Shown here piece by piece: positions 36,701-48,326 of a stretch of 64,000 bases of DNA. The first letter of the stretch is position 1, and each line of letters starts with the position of its first letter. The notes beneath the pieces were generated by a model, which saw only the letters and a program-made list of their open reading frames with translations, had not been told where the DNA came from and ran no database searches. Source of the DNA: Fimbriosthenelais zetlandica (lineage: Eukaryota); contig OZ365112.1 of the NCBI GenBank assembly GCA_977030845.1, positions 17,980,001 through 18,044,000 on the forward strand. Reading direction: 5' to 3'. The translations under genes were made by a program, and so were the position numbers.

Positions 36701-38888
36701 TGATTGATATCACCAAGACATGATCTAGTACAGCCGGAGGTTGATCCGTACACCCCATATGTGTCACCACAGCTGCAGTTAGTCCCTGCCTGTATTGAAA
36801 AAAATATTTTATAAAACCTAAAAAAAAGGTCTGTGATATCATGTTCTACGATTCAATGACTTGTAGCATCGTATTACGTTATATTTATTGCATCGATGGG
36901 AAAGTATGGCGAAATTGTTTTGAATGCCTTTATTACATAATCATATTCCGTACCTTGAGGGCAAAATACTTGTATTGGTCACTGGCAGTGGAGCAGTGGT
37001 CGGAACATTTCGCTGGCTCTATGAGAGGCATTAGAACACTGTTTGTGAATTCAGGATACGCCTGGCTTTCCATGAAACATCCTTGCAGATCCACTTCTTG
37101 TAAACCTGTGAAATTACATATGGAGGAATATTAATCAATTAATACTGAACAAAATTTTGTATGCATAATAACGAACTCATCATTAATTAATTCTACTCAA
37201 AGTTGAGGGAATGTACATACCATCTAGCCATCTCCAGTTGTTAAATCTGTTCCCTCCGAACTTGACACTTTCCTCATATCCACCAATAAACACCCTGTCC
37301 AGCATGTCTCTGTCAGTGGGGGTAGTTTTGGTTTTGACCAGATCTTTGATCATATTGAGGACTATATTGTTTGATGGCTGCTCTGGTAGTGAGGCGAGGT
37401 GGCCATGGCCAGGGTAACTCATGTTAATGGCCATATTTACACAGTCAGCCTCAGCAGCCTCCCAGGTCTTGGGCGTCTCTTTTAGGATGTAGCATCCATT
37501 GGGTGTTCTCACACCTTCACAGACTGGTTCTGCCAAAAATAACAAATAGCAAATTATGAATACATCAAAATTTTCCAAAGTGATGAAAGTCCGGAATCTT
37601 AAAATAAAGCAATGGATTACCTTTTGATATAGGCTGGGTATATTCTGATGGTTGAAGGCAGAAGGTGTTAAAGATTCGTTCAATAACATGAAAGCTGTCA
37701 AAGGCTGAGAAGTCAGGAAGCAGCCAGTAGGTGGTATTTTCCAGCCTGGGAGCAGATGAGATGTCTCTCACTTCTTTCTTGTCCACTTGGCGGGTGATTC
37801 CCACTGAGTACATCCTTATGTCTGCTTCCTCTGCCCTCCTAGCCTCTAATGTTGTCTTCTGTGTATCCCTGGTAGACTTCCCATCACTAATTACTATGCC
37901 AACATTAGACACCTCAGGCCTGTCCTCTGCTGTAGAAAACACCTCGGTCCTCATGACCTTTATGCCTCCGGAGGTATTCGTATTCTCATCTTTGATGGAA
38001 ACAGCTGAAATGGCCGCACTTAAAGAGATGTGGCTAGTGTACTTGGAGAGACCAAATTCCCTGGTTCCCTCATTTCCGAACTGGACAAAAGCAACACGGT
38101 CCTGGTCAGGACCTATGTTGAGGTAGTTGGTAATGCCTTTGATGAAGTTCTGGATTGACTTCCAGTTGGCGCAGTTCGATATAGTACTGTTTCTACAGAT
38201 ACTACCACTACCATCCACGACAAAAGTCAGATCAATCTTCTCCCTGGCACAAACTGGTAAAATATAATAGATCATATTATACATTAACCTCTGCCAAATT
38301 CAAATGATTTATTGATACTTTTAGACTAAGTCACAGAATAAGTTTTTAATCTATGTAACTGGGGGAAATCGAGTTTCATTAGGAGTCATTAGGCAAATAT
38401 TTCTTAATTGATCAGCAAGAGAACTTACCGCCTGTGCAAGCAGCGCACCCTATAATGAAATGAGAAAAATAACCAATAAATAATCGAAAAACAATCAATG
38501 TAATTCATACATGTAACAGATTTACTTTGATACAAATCTATTCCCTTCAGAGGGAAAGTTACGGGCACAATGTTTGTCAAGCAGTCATATTATATAGTAT
38601 TTAATATATAAATTTTGAAAAGGTGGGTCTTAAATATTTTGTCACTTAGAATATAAGATATAATATGATCATTATTCCGCTAGTTAGCTATATTGATCGC
38701 TACTATAATACCCAATGGTTTCCAAGTAGTTACATAAGCCGTGTATTTGTATCAATGCTCTTGCCCGAACATAACAACCTCCATGTAGACATGGAGTATG
38801 GAATAAATAACTACTCACCACAATCAGCGACATTAGTTAAATATCCCACTAATAGTACTGATAAAACGAAAATCCTGGTAAGATCCAT
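33799..38888 (-). CDS. Type-I membrane receptor A: signal-vWA-CTLD1(WSC inserted)-CTLD2-S/T stalk-TM-cytoplasmic tail, ~919 aa, 14 exons
   Basis: complement join 38888-38819, 38449-38429, 38253-37621 (vWA, DGSGS MIDAS), 37529-37221 (CTLD1 N-half ending WRWLDG), 37105-36954 and 36789-36657 (WSC), 36510-36358 (CTLD1 C-half DWGYDQPND..SC..MGDKAC..YIC), 36194-35949 and 35855-35709 (CTLD2), 35301-35143 (stalk), 35020-34939 (TM), 34744-34653, 34478-34407, 34289-33799. All GT-AG; phases consistent; 2760 nt. Confidence 0.88.
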
Positions 38889-40583
38889 GACAGTCTGTTT
38901 TTTTTTATATCTCTTTCCTTCTTGTTGTACATGTATGTTTATCTTCCGGGAGGTTATATATGTGAAGATTTGAAGGAGGCATTGCCACCTTGCCACCTTC
39001 AAGGTGTAGCCTTGTTAAAGCTCCACGCCTCAGTGGTGACAGCTTTAACGACTGGGCATGTCTCAACCCGTTGTCAATACTTTAACTCATGGGTTGTCTC
39101 CCCCTGTAGCCCCTAAGCTCAGGGGCTTTAAAAGCGGTAGGGGGTCAGGGGTATTTAGACACACCACCTTTCCATGGGCCTGAGATATTATACATTAAGG
39201 ATTTGGCATCGATCATCATCCTGATCATCACTATATCTATATATCAAGCCTGTTTTAGATTTTCCCCCAACTCAGAAGATAGACCGGAAGGGGGATAGGA
39301 GATTGTTACAGGTTGTTACACAACTAAAGTAGAACGTCCCTCCCCTCAGTAACTCTTCTCCCAAGACGCACCTCTTTAGTTCCGGCTTAATAGCTATTTT
39401 TAGGTATACCCAGGGCTTCCTTGGGCAGATTTGGTCATTGGTCATCATCAATATAGACATGTATGAACCCCTGTAGTAGAATTCCCCCCCCCCCCCAACC
39501 TCTAAGCTGCACACCTCTCCCCTATACGTGTATATAGCCAAGAACATGAAAATATTCGTGGAAAGTTTAGAATTAAATCGAATTAGTGTTGTCATGTTGT
39601 CATGGTACCAATAAAAAGGGGCAAATATATGGGGCTGAATGGTGTACTTGTGATTAGGTTAATCCTATTCTGATTGAAGGTAGTGACTTTATTATGGGGC
39701 AAATTACTTATTTAGGCATAGACCTATATATAATGAATAGATATATATAAGTGATTAATAGGTTCCCGATATTGCAATGATGAAAAGTGAATAAATATAA
39801 TGTTAGGTCACTATTTCAGTGGACTTGGCCATGTGTTAAACAACGATCGATTGTTAAAAATAGTCTTATAACATTAATATAGATATATAAACATGTTTAT
39901 TTCATACATTGGAATATTATATATAGTTGATATATACAAGGAATATACGTTCACTGATTAATGTCATGCTCCAGAGACCCCTTCCCATGATATGGTACCC
40001 CCACTGACAATTGCCATAACATATGATATATTACTATAATATTTATGGAGGTATATACAAACATCTTATGCAAACAAAATTACACATAAATTATAACGAA
40101 ATATCACAGATAATGCAAATCTCAAAGGCACTTTGCTTACAAAACTCTTATAGAGACTAGTGGTTTCTCATAATGCAGTGGCTACTTTGCCAGGAAGATG
40201 ACCAACACTCCCTTGACACAGTACTAATCATAATACAGTTTTGGTACTTTGGTACAGGAACAGGCAAGTTGTTTTTGTCAAAGGGCCACCCAGCCAGTCA
40301 TTTGTTTGTACTACTCAGTAGTAGTACAATCAAATGCATGTATTTGAAGTTTGAGATGTTTTTGCACCCATAACAATCGATAGCGTGAGAAAGTTCTACA
40401 CTTATGTACTTCTCACTCTTGCAACATAGAGCTACATCTCAATTCGTCATTTGTTACAGTCTAAGTACTTTGACAGCAAGCAACAGACAGAGAACCACAT
40501 GTCAATCTGCATCTGTTTCTGTCAAAGTACTTTGACAGCAGACACTTTGTTCTCATAAATATCATAATTATCACGGGTATCCC

Positions 40584-43500
40584 TCAGTTAGAGGCGTCTA
40601 CTGGACTCAGTTCCCTGTAGCGATGTTTCCCCTCATATCCACTTGATCTCTTCTTGTTCTTTTTTGACTTCTTGCTCCGTTTCTCTCGATGCTCATCCTC
40701 AAGTCGTGCTGGTAGTAAAAGGAAATATATTCTTTTAGTCGAAATTGATTTACTTGTACTTGTACTTGTACTTGTAGTGATGCAGCACATGGGTCATGGA
40801 AAAATATCCCAGGTTATTACTTTAAACTCAGAATTGTGGGATTGGTATGATGGCTGTGGTATGAATTTTTAAAGGAACATGTAATCAGATCATGTAAATT
40901 GTTAAAATTGACTTTTCTCTTGATTTAGATTTTTCTTGAGTAATCATCTTATTATCTTTGGTGACCCACTTACAGTTATAGTGTGAGTCTTCTGTGTCCA
41001 TGCTTAGATGGCGGTTTCGGTTAGGTGTGCCTGGTCCTTTACCTGAAAATGATAGTACATGTATTAGTAGAACAAACATAATGGAATGAATTTTAATGCA
41101 CTATTAACTCAGTTGTATTGCATAAAAAGTTTCCCATGAAGAACTCACGTCTGTTGGTGTTGTATTGATCAATTGGTATCTCCCTCGATGCAAGTTGGGA
41201 TGCGCTTAGGATTTGTTCTGGAAACAATTACAAAATGGATGGATTATTCTGAAAGAGTTTGGGGGTAAGAGTTATATCGAGTTCGAATTACTTATTTCTG
41301 ATAACAGCTTTGGACATTGACATATTTTCGGTCAGTTTTAAAACTTACCTCCAGAGCTTGGCCTATAGCTGTCATTGTCATAGTCATGGTCCTCCTTCAG
41401 GTAGTTACTATGGCCATAGTTACCATAGTAGTCCCCAAATGGTATGAACACCTGGTTACGTAAATCAGTGACGCCCTTTGGATTTATAGTATTCTTCGTC
41501 TTTCTGGTAAAATAAAATAGAAATTTACCACTATCATAATCATGTTATAGACGACAGAAATATGTTTCCCTTTTTAAGACGAAGGAAGAAAATTATAGCA
41601 AAATTCGTTTCATTACAAAATGGAGACAACAATTGTGTATAAACCTTTAACTCACCCTTTGCATACGTCAGTGCAGCAACATAAGACCACAAAGATGATT
41701 ATTACAATCACCACCAGAGAAACCAGTATAGCGATGACCACTGGAAATAAAGGCAAATATCTTAATAGGGAGGAATCATCATTTTTTTCCGTATTCTAAA
41801 ATTCCAAATCGCAAAATTTTAGACGATGCAGGCGGTACTGATTAGAATATGAACTATTCATTTTACCTATAGCCAGTGTGGTCAGTTGGTTGCCATCTTG
41901 GGTGGAGGCCCCGATGTTAGGATCAACACCCCCAGTGCCTCCAGACTGTGACTGTGTCCCCGCTTGTGTGGTCCCTGAATTTGAACTCGTGGAAGTAGTG
42001 GCCACCGTGGATGATTTACTCGGTTCTGGAGTCAGTCCCGCTCCCGCTCCCGCTCCCGCTCCCGCTCCTGCTCCTGCTGATAAAAATATGTTCATATGAG
42101 ATATATCTCAACATTTTAGGATCATGTATATACACATAGTTGTCTAATATCACAAGTACATTATATCCAAAGCTCAAAATCTCAAGGCTAAGTGTTAGTT
42201 ATTATGGAGGAATTATGCTAGAAGATCTTAGGGCCACTTTTGCCCAGGATAAGTTAAATAGAAGTTAGTACAAAAAAACTGGGGATCAACAAACTTGTAG
42301 TTGACGGCACGACAGTATGAGGCTCCGGGATTCTCTCTGGATAGTTGAATACAAATGAGAGTCAGGGAAGAAGTAGTAAAGGTATTTCACCAAACATATT
42401 AGGACACAAGATAGCCATCATGAAAGTCACTGCAAGTCACTAAATTTAAATCCACCAATGACACAAAATGTCAGTTAATTAATGTTTGTCCTTTGCAGTC
42501 ACTTACCCATAATGCAAACAGAAGGATATTTGCGAGCACAGTTTTCATCAGTCCACCAATAGTTTCCCTGATAATTGTACGTATAGACAATACAGTTTGC
42601 ATTGTCCTGGTTTGGTTCTACAGGGTCCCAGTTTGTGTACAGAATTGGGGTTCCTGAAACAAGGTGTTAAAATGGAATGTTAGGAATAGATACCTAATGC
42701 TAAATATGAAATATGCCCACCCTGTTTCGACTAATTTCCAGAGACCCATAGAACCTCAGTCACTTACCAATCTTCCAGTCCCATAATCTACCAACTAAGC
42801 CGATCCATATTGCCGTACTTTTCAGTTGGAACAATATAAGTTTTTGCTGTACTTGAAGGAACATTTGCTCTGAGGTTACAGACACAAGATCACCAACCAT
42901 CCCTATACACGCTTCTCTGGCTCTGAACCAGTTTTTGGCGAGATCAATGCCATAGAATAGACATTTGCCATCTGCCATTTGGTACTTGTAATTATTTGCT
43001 TGACAGTTAGGATTATCAGATGCTGAAAGATAATAATGGATGATTTCATTTTATTTTGATGTCATCCAGAAGTGATTATAACACATGTACATGTATACAT
43101 TTAAATTGATGATGATTACAGGATTTGACAATTTTCTATTTGTTGAATACTCACAGAGTTGGCAGATATAATAGTATTCTGCAAAACATGGTTCATCTCC
43201 CATTTTCCAGTCATGTCTGCTCTCTAGAACACCACAACTTTGGTAATTCTCAAAATTATTTGGCTGCAAATGTCCCCAGTTGCTGTAGGCTGCATCTGTA
43301 GGTCAGAAACCCAGATGAATGATGTGGCACAAATGATATGGATTAGCAACCTCAAAAATAATTCTAGTGAGGAAAATGTCAGAAAAACATTTTCAAATTT
43401 CCAAAAACATTTTCAAAGGTGAATATTATTACCTTTGACTTTGTAAATAAAATTTCTGTAACTGCCTCCACAGAATTCCCGGGGACGAGAATTGTCGAAT

Positions 43501-44883
43501 ACGCTACCAGAACATTGAGTGCTACATCCACTTGACACACCATAGCTTCCATAGGTATCATCACAGTAACAATAGCGCCCTCCCTAACATAACATCGAAA
43601 CAGCCAAATATAAATATAATTATTACATCTTCATCATTTTAAAATCTTATTATCTGTTGAAAATAAGAACTTGTATTGAAATATATATGTACCTGAAGGC
43701 CTGCATATGTATATCTATTACCCCTACAGTAGTCCGTACAGTTAGAGATCCACATGGGTTCCATGGTGCCTCTGTCACTGTTAGAGAAATCCTGGAAGGT
43801 GTAAAGCGATATCATATCTCTATTCCCTGGCACGGTATTATCAGCAAAACATCCTTGACCAAACAGCTCCACCAAACCTGTAAAAACACAATATATGATA
43901 TCATTAATATTATGAAAATTTCATCCTTATTATTTCTGTGCAAAATGCATAGGTTTTGACTCACCCTCAAGCCATCTCCATACAGGGTAATCTGTTTTTC
44001 CCCGCAGCGCGCTCTCCTCATATCCACCCATCCATAACCACTTGAGTTGCTCCCTCTCAGCATCACTCGGTTTAGTCTCGTAGTAAGTGAGTAGTAGAGA
44101 GTTGAGCTCGTCATCTCGATCCTTGGTCATTGGCATGACTAGCTGACCTGATAATCCTGATCTCCTCCCTTCCTCTTCACACGCTAACTCAGCCGCATCT
44201 CTCGACAAGGGGTCCATGTTAATCACATATATTCCATACGACCCTTGCAGCCTTATCAGTTGGGCTAGGAGTAAATGACAATATATTATAATAGATATAA
44301 TTATGCGTTTCAACATGCCAGTGAAAAATAACAGTAACACAACTGGGCTAAAATAAAGGTTAAAAGCGGACATATGCCGCCCTTTATTGTATTTCCCTCA
44401 CAATTGATGCAGTATGCATTTTGAAATTTCAATATCCATCTTGATTACATGATGTATATATTTTCATTTTTGTTTTTCATACCCCTTACAACCCAGCAAT
44501 TACTGCCTGTACAAGCTGTTACAAGCGCTCTCATATTGGACTTAACCCTTTAAACCGTTATGTAATCAGCCTTTCAGCAGTACTTAGTGTATAGCTCAGG
44601 TAATATGTGGAATATGTACACGCGTAGAACAGCCAATTGATCAACATTCATACTGCATTTCATTCTGTTTAAGATTCACTACACTAATTATAATAACAAG
44701 TATACACTTCATATGTTTAAAATGCTATATTATGTCCTTCGAGCAATGGCATGTTAATAGGAATGTAATGTCCTGTATAAAATACAAATATAATGAAATT
44801 ATAATCTTACCTTCATAGTGAGGTGATAATAATACCAAAATAAATGCGAAATTGACCAATATCCTCTTGGTTAAAGTCTCCAT
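40584..44883 (-). CDS. Type-I membrane receptor B (paralog of A): signal-CTLD1(WSC inserted)-CTLD2-stalk-TM-tail, ~662 aa, 14 exons
   Basis: complement join 44883-44811, 44527-44504, 44264-43965 (CTLD1 N-half ending WRWLE), 43877-43693 and 43583-43433 (WSC: GCFAD...CTDYC..YTYAGLQGGRYCYC...C.TQC.G...FCGG), 43295-43155 (NWGHLQPNN..SC..MGDEPC..YIC), 43022-42768 and 42653-42507 (CTLD2 with EPN), 42076-41867, 41740-41656 (TM), 41503-41349, 41217-41149, 41042-40974, 40708-40584. Phases consistent; 1989 nt. Confidence 0.88.
42036..42077 (-). repeat. Coding hexanucleotide repeat (GCRGGA)7 encoding (Ala-Gly)7
   Basis: tcccgc x5 plus tcctgc x2 on the + strand at the start of the receptor B stalk exon. 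Confidence 0.9.
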
Positions 44884-46314
44884 GTTTGGTGAACTGTAAT
44901 CTAATGTCGCCTCTCGTCCTCGGCCTGCATCACTCCCCATTGCCTGAACCTTTCTGTTGACCCCTTGTTGCTATTTTCTCAGTGGCTAGCCTGTCCTTGG
45001 CGTTCATTGGTTGAGACTTGTTTCCTTCAGGTATACAGTTATTGGATTAAGGGTTAATACCTCCCGGTGTGGATTAGTGGACAGGAGGAATAAAGCTCCT
45101 GTGGTGGCTGGTCACCTGACCAAAAATCACACTGACCACTGCAGGTGTATTATAGGCACTTAAAGTGCAGCTTTCTTCATCTTATATTAACCTTGAATGT
45201 TCCTTAAATTCGAATGCTTGAAGTGTGATAAAAAAAGTTAAAGGTAGGGTGTCAACCCCGTGAAAGTGGCATGGCGGGGGAGGGGGTGGGGGTGACAAAA
45301 ACATTTCTGAAAGCTGTGAACATGTATACTGTGGAGGTGTATTCATCTAGAGTTTCTGTAAATGTTACATAATTATTTATTTTATTTGAACGGAAGTGTT
45401 GCAAAATCAGGGGGTTTCTGACCCAACCCATATTTCAACTTGACCCTTACCATCCACAGAGGTCAGAAGTTACATAATATGACTTTAATATAAGCACATA
45501 TGACTACTACAATAATGTCCCTGAGAATAATGACTGTAAGTAGAGGGAATCAAGCTTGGCAAGAAGAAATTGGTCAAAATCATTGCTAGCTAAGCGCTAC
45601 CACTAACATCCAGATAGAAACTTTTGGCATGGGTTCAATTGAACTGACCCAGTATACTTCTTTTTCATGATTTCAGGGTCTAGAATTAGAGTAATATGAG
45701 ATCAAATGAGATAAAAGGTTGAATTCCTTCTTATTCTTTTTGATACTATTCCCTGAAATTGGTACATGCATATGTTATCTATGTGGTAGATTTAAACATA
45801 CTGCCGTCTATAGATGACTATGTGAGGTATTATATGGTGCAGTGGGTGGTATGTAATCGGTACAGAGAGATTATATGTCATATGTGTGACTCGTCTCCCC
45901 CTCGAGCTACTCATCTTCTGATGGTTGAGTATATCACTGGGTTAGAACCGGATCAGGCAGCTGGGCGTCAATAACCACTCTGTTCACAGATCTTCTCTAC
46001 AAAGGTCCGTATTATAACCATTTTAAGTTGCCCCTCCTTCATCCTTTTTTGTCTCCTTTCCGTATTTATAAACCTGTTCAATGGGCGTCCCTTTCGATAG
46101 AAATTCTTAGAATTTCCCAATATACTTTTATTCTCTTGAAAACATGTAAATACACATTATTTATTTCTGGTGGTACTTTTTACATTGTTTCCAAAGTTCC
46201 CCTGCATGTGGTATTTGAACTTTTTACCTTTGACAAACGTAATACATTGTATTGTGTCATATCAAACCAAATACATGTTTTATTAAGCTTGGGAACATTT
46301 TTCAGGCCTGGAAC

Positions 46315-48326
46315 ATGAAGAGTATGGGTGTGTATAGAGCTGTATGGGTTTTGGCGCTATTCCTCTCGCCAGCTTTTCCCTCATATCAGGGGTCACATCA
46401 TTATCGTGGTAAGTGTATATTGGCGGAGTTACATTATTGTTTACATTCATAGAGGAAATGATGTGGAATGGGGAACCGATCTATACAATGTCATTTCCAA
46501 CAGACTAAAAGTTGTACTTACATATAAGATATAATATTATTATAATGATTAAAATATTGCTCGGATATTGATAGAAAATAATAATACCAGTATAACGTTG
46601 ATATAGGCCTACTTTTATTGGTTGTAAATACATGAATCTTTGTTCTTATTTAGACCTTTTCCGACGAGTTATTGGGGGAAAGGTGACCGTGAAGGGAAAG
46701 TGGCCCTACCTTGTTTCCCTCCAAGCTGACATACCCATCAAGAAAATATTGGGAATCACACTCAAATCTAAAGTCTTTTACTGCGGTGGCTCGCTCATCA
46801 ATGAAAGATGGGTTCTTTCGGCTGCACATTGCTTTGTTCACGAAGGACTTGGGTAAGACGATTTTTATTCCCTATGCACCATCATAGTTGGCAGGAAGAG
46901 AGATGTTAGGGGACACAGGCCTGATACAGTGATTATATAGTGATGCTCAATGCGCCCGAGGCCATTTAAAGTGCCTGATATAGTGATAATCAATGTCCCA
47001 GGGTGGTATATAGAGGACACAATCCTGGAGTAGGCCTACATAGAGATACTCAGTCACCCAGGGCATTGGAGGACATAACCAAATACTAAAGCATTATTTA
47101 GAAACAGGTTTCAGGTCTGCTCTATACATGTAATAAAAAAATATAATTTAACAAAATGTATCTCTTTCCAGAAACAAGGGGACAACTCCACAGTACTGGG
47201 ATGCCAGGATGGGTGACATAGATTTAAAGGTAGATTAAATATTCTTACACATTAATGTTATACTCATTTATGTCTATTTCAATTAATAGTGGCACAGTGT
47301 GTCATTCTGGCGGTATGCATGGAGCTGTATTGTGAATTTCATTTATCTATACTTTGCTTCCTTTGGTTCCCTAGTCTAATCTATACGAAGACGTGAAAGA
47401 TTATCTGGGGAAATGGTTTAAAAAGGACAAGTTAAGGGACTGGAAAATCGAGGGGGAGAAGATCATCATTCATCCTGGCTATAATCCAAAAAGTAAGTCG
47501 TAAATAAATAGTCAATTTGTACATTTATGATGAATAAAACCGGGGGGTCCACTATTTATTATGAATGTCATCTTACTGTTTTATATTACAGATAGATGGT
47601 CTAATGACATCGCCCTGTTGAAGATGTCTGAGTCAGTTCCTATAGATCCTAACTACATCAGTAAGATACAAAGCGTTCCGCTGAATGAGCAGGATAACAC
47701 TGACTTCCCTTCTGACAACGCTGAGTGTGCTTTTAAGGGCTGGGGCTGCCGGGCTGGAGGTATAGGACCTATTCCAATTTGACTTTTTTTTCTCCTCCAC
47801 CCTCGTTCCCTGTCTGTCTACATACGTATGTTCTCCGATCCCTTATGCATGCATCCAATCCCAAATGTCCCACAATACTCGCTACCATTTGATTCCTTTT
47901 CTTTTTGTAGGCAAATCTGTATCGTCCAAGGCATTTGAAGTGTTCTTGGAGAAGCTTCCTGACAAGAATTGTACAAGCACATGGCACATTCCTGCTGTTG
48001 GTAGATTGTGTGCTGGAAAAAATCTTGGGGGCAAAGGCATCTGCTCCGTGAGTAGACCTACATTGACATCATATCTCTGTCAGAATTCGTTTCCAATAGG
48101 ATTAGCATCATTTTCCATTGAAATTCACTTGAATCCGAACTATGATTATTTGTGGCTGTTGTAGGGTGACAGTGGTGGACCTCTGGTATGCAAGCGGGGT
48201 GATAAGTGGATTCAAGTTGGCATTGCTTCATTCACTGCTCGTAATGCCCCAGAAAATTATCCTGGTGTCTTCACTCGAGTGAGCCACTACACTGACTGGA
48301 TACATGACACCATTGCCAAGAACTGA
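46315..48326 (+). CDS. Secreted S1A (chymotrypsin-fold) serine protease zymogen, 311 aa, 7 coding exons
   Basis: join(46315..46408,46654..46852,47172..47229,47375..47492,47592..47759,47911..48047,48165..48326). Signal peptide, activation site FRR|VIGG, intact triad (SAAHC, NDIALL, GDSGGP), C-terminal YPGVFTRVSHYTDWI. Confidence 0.95.
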
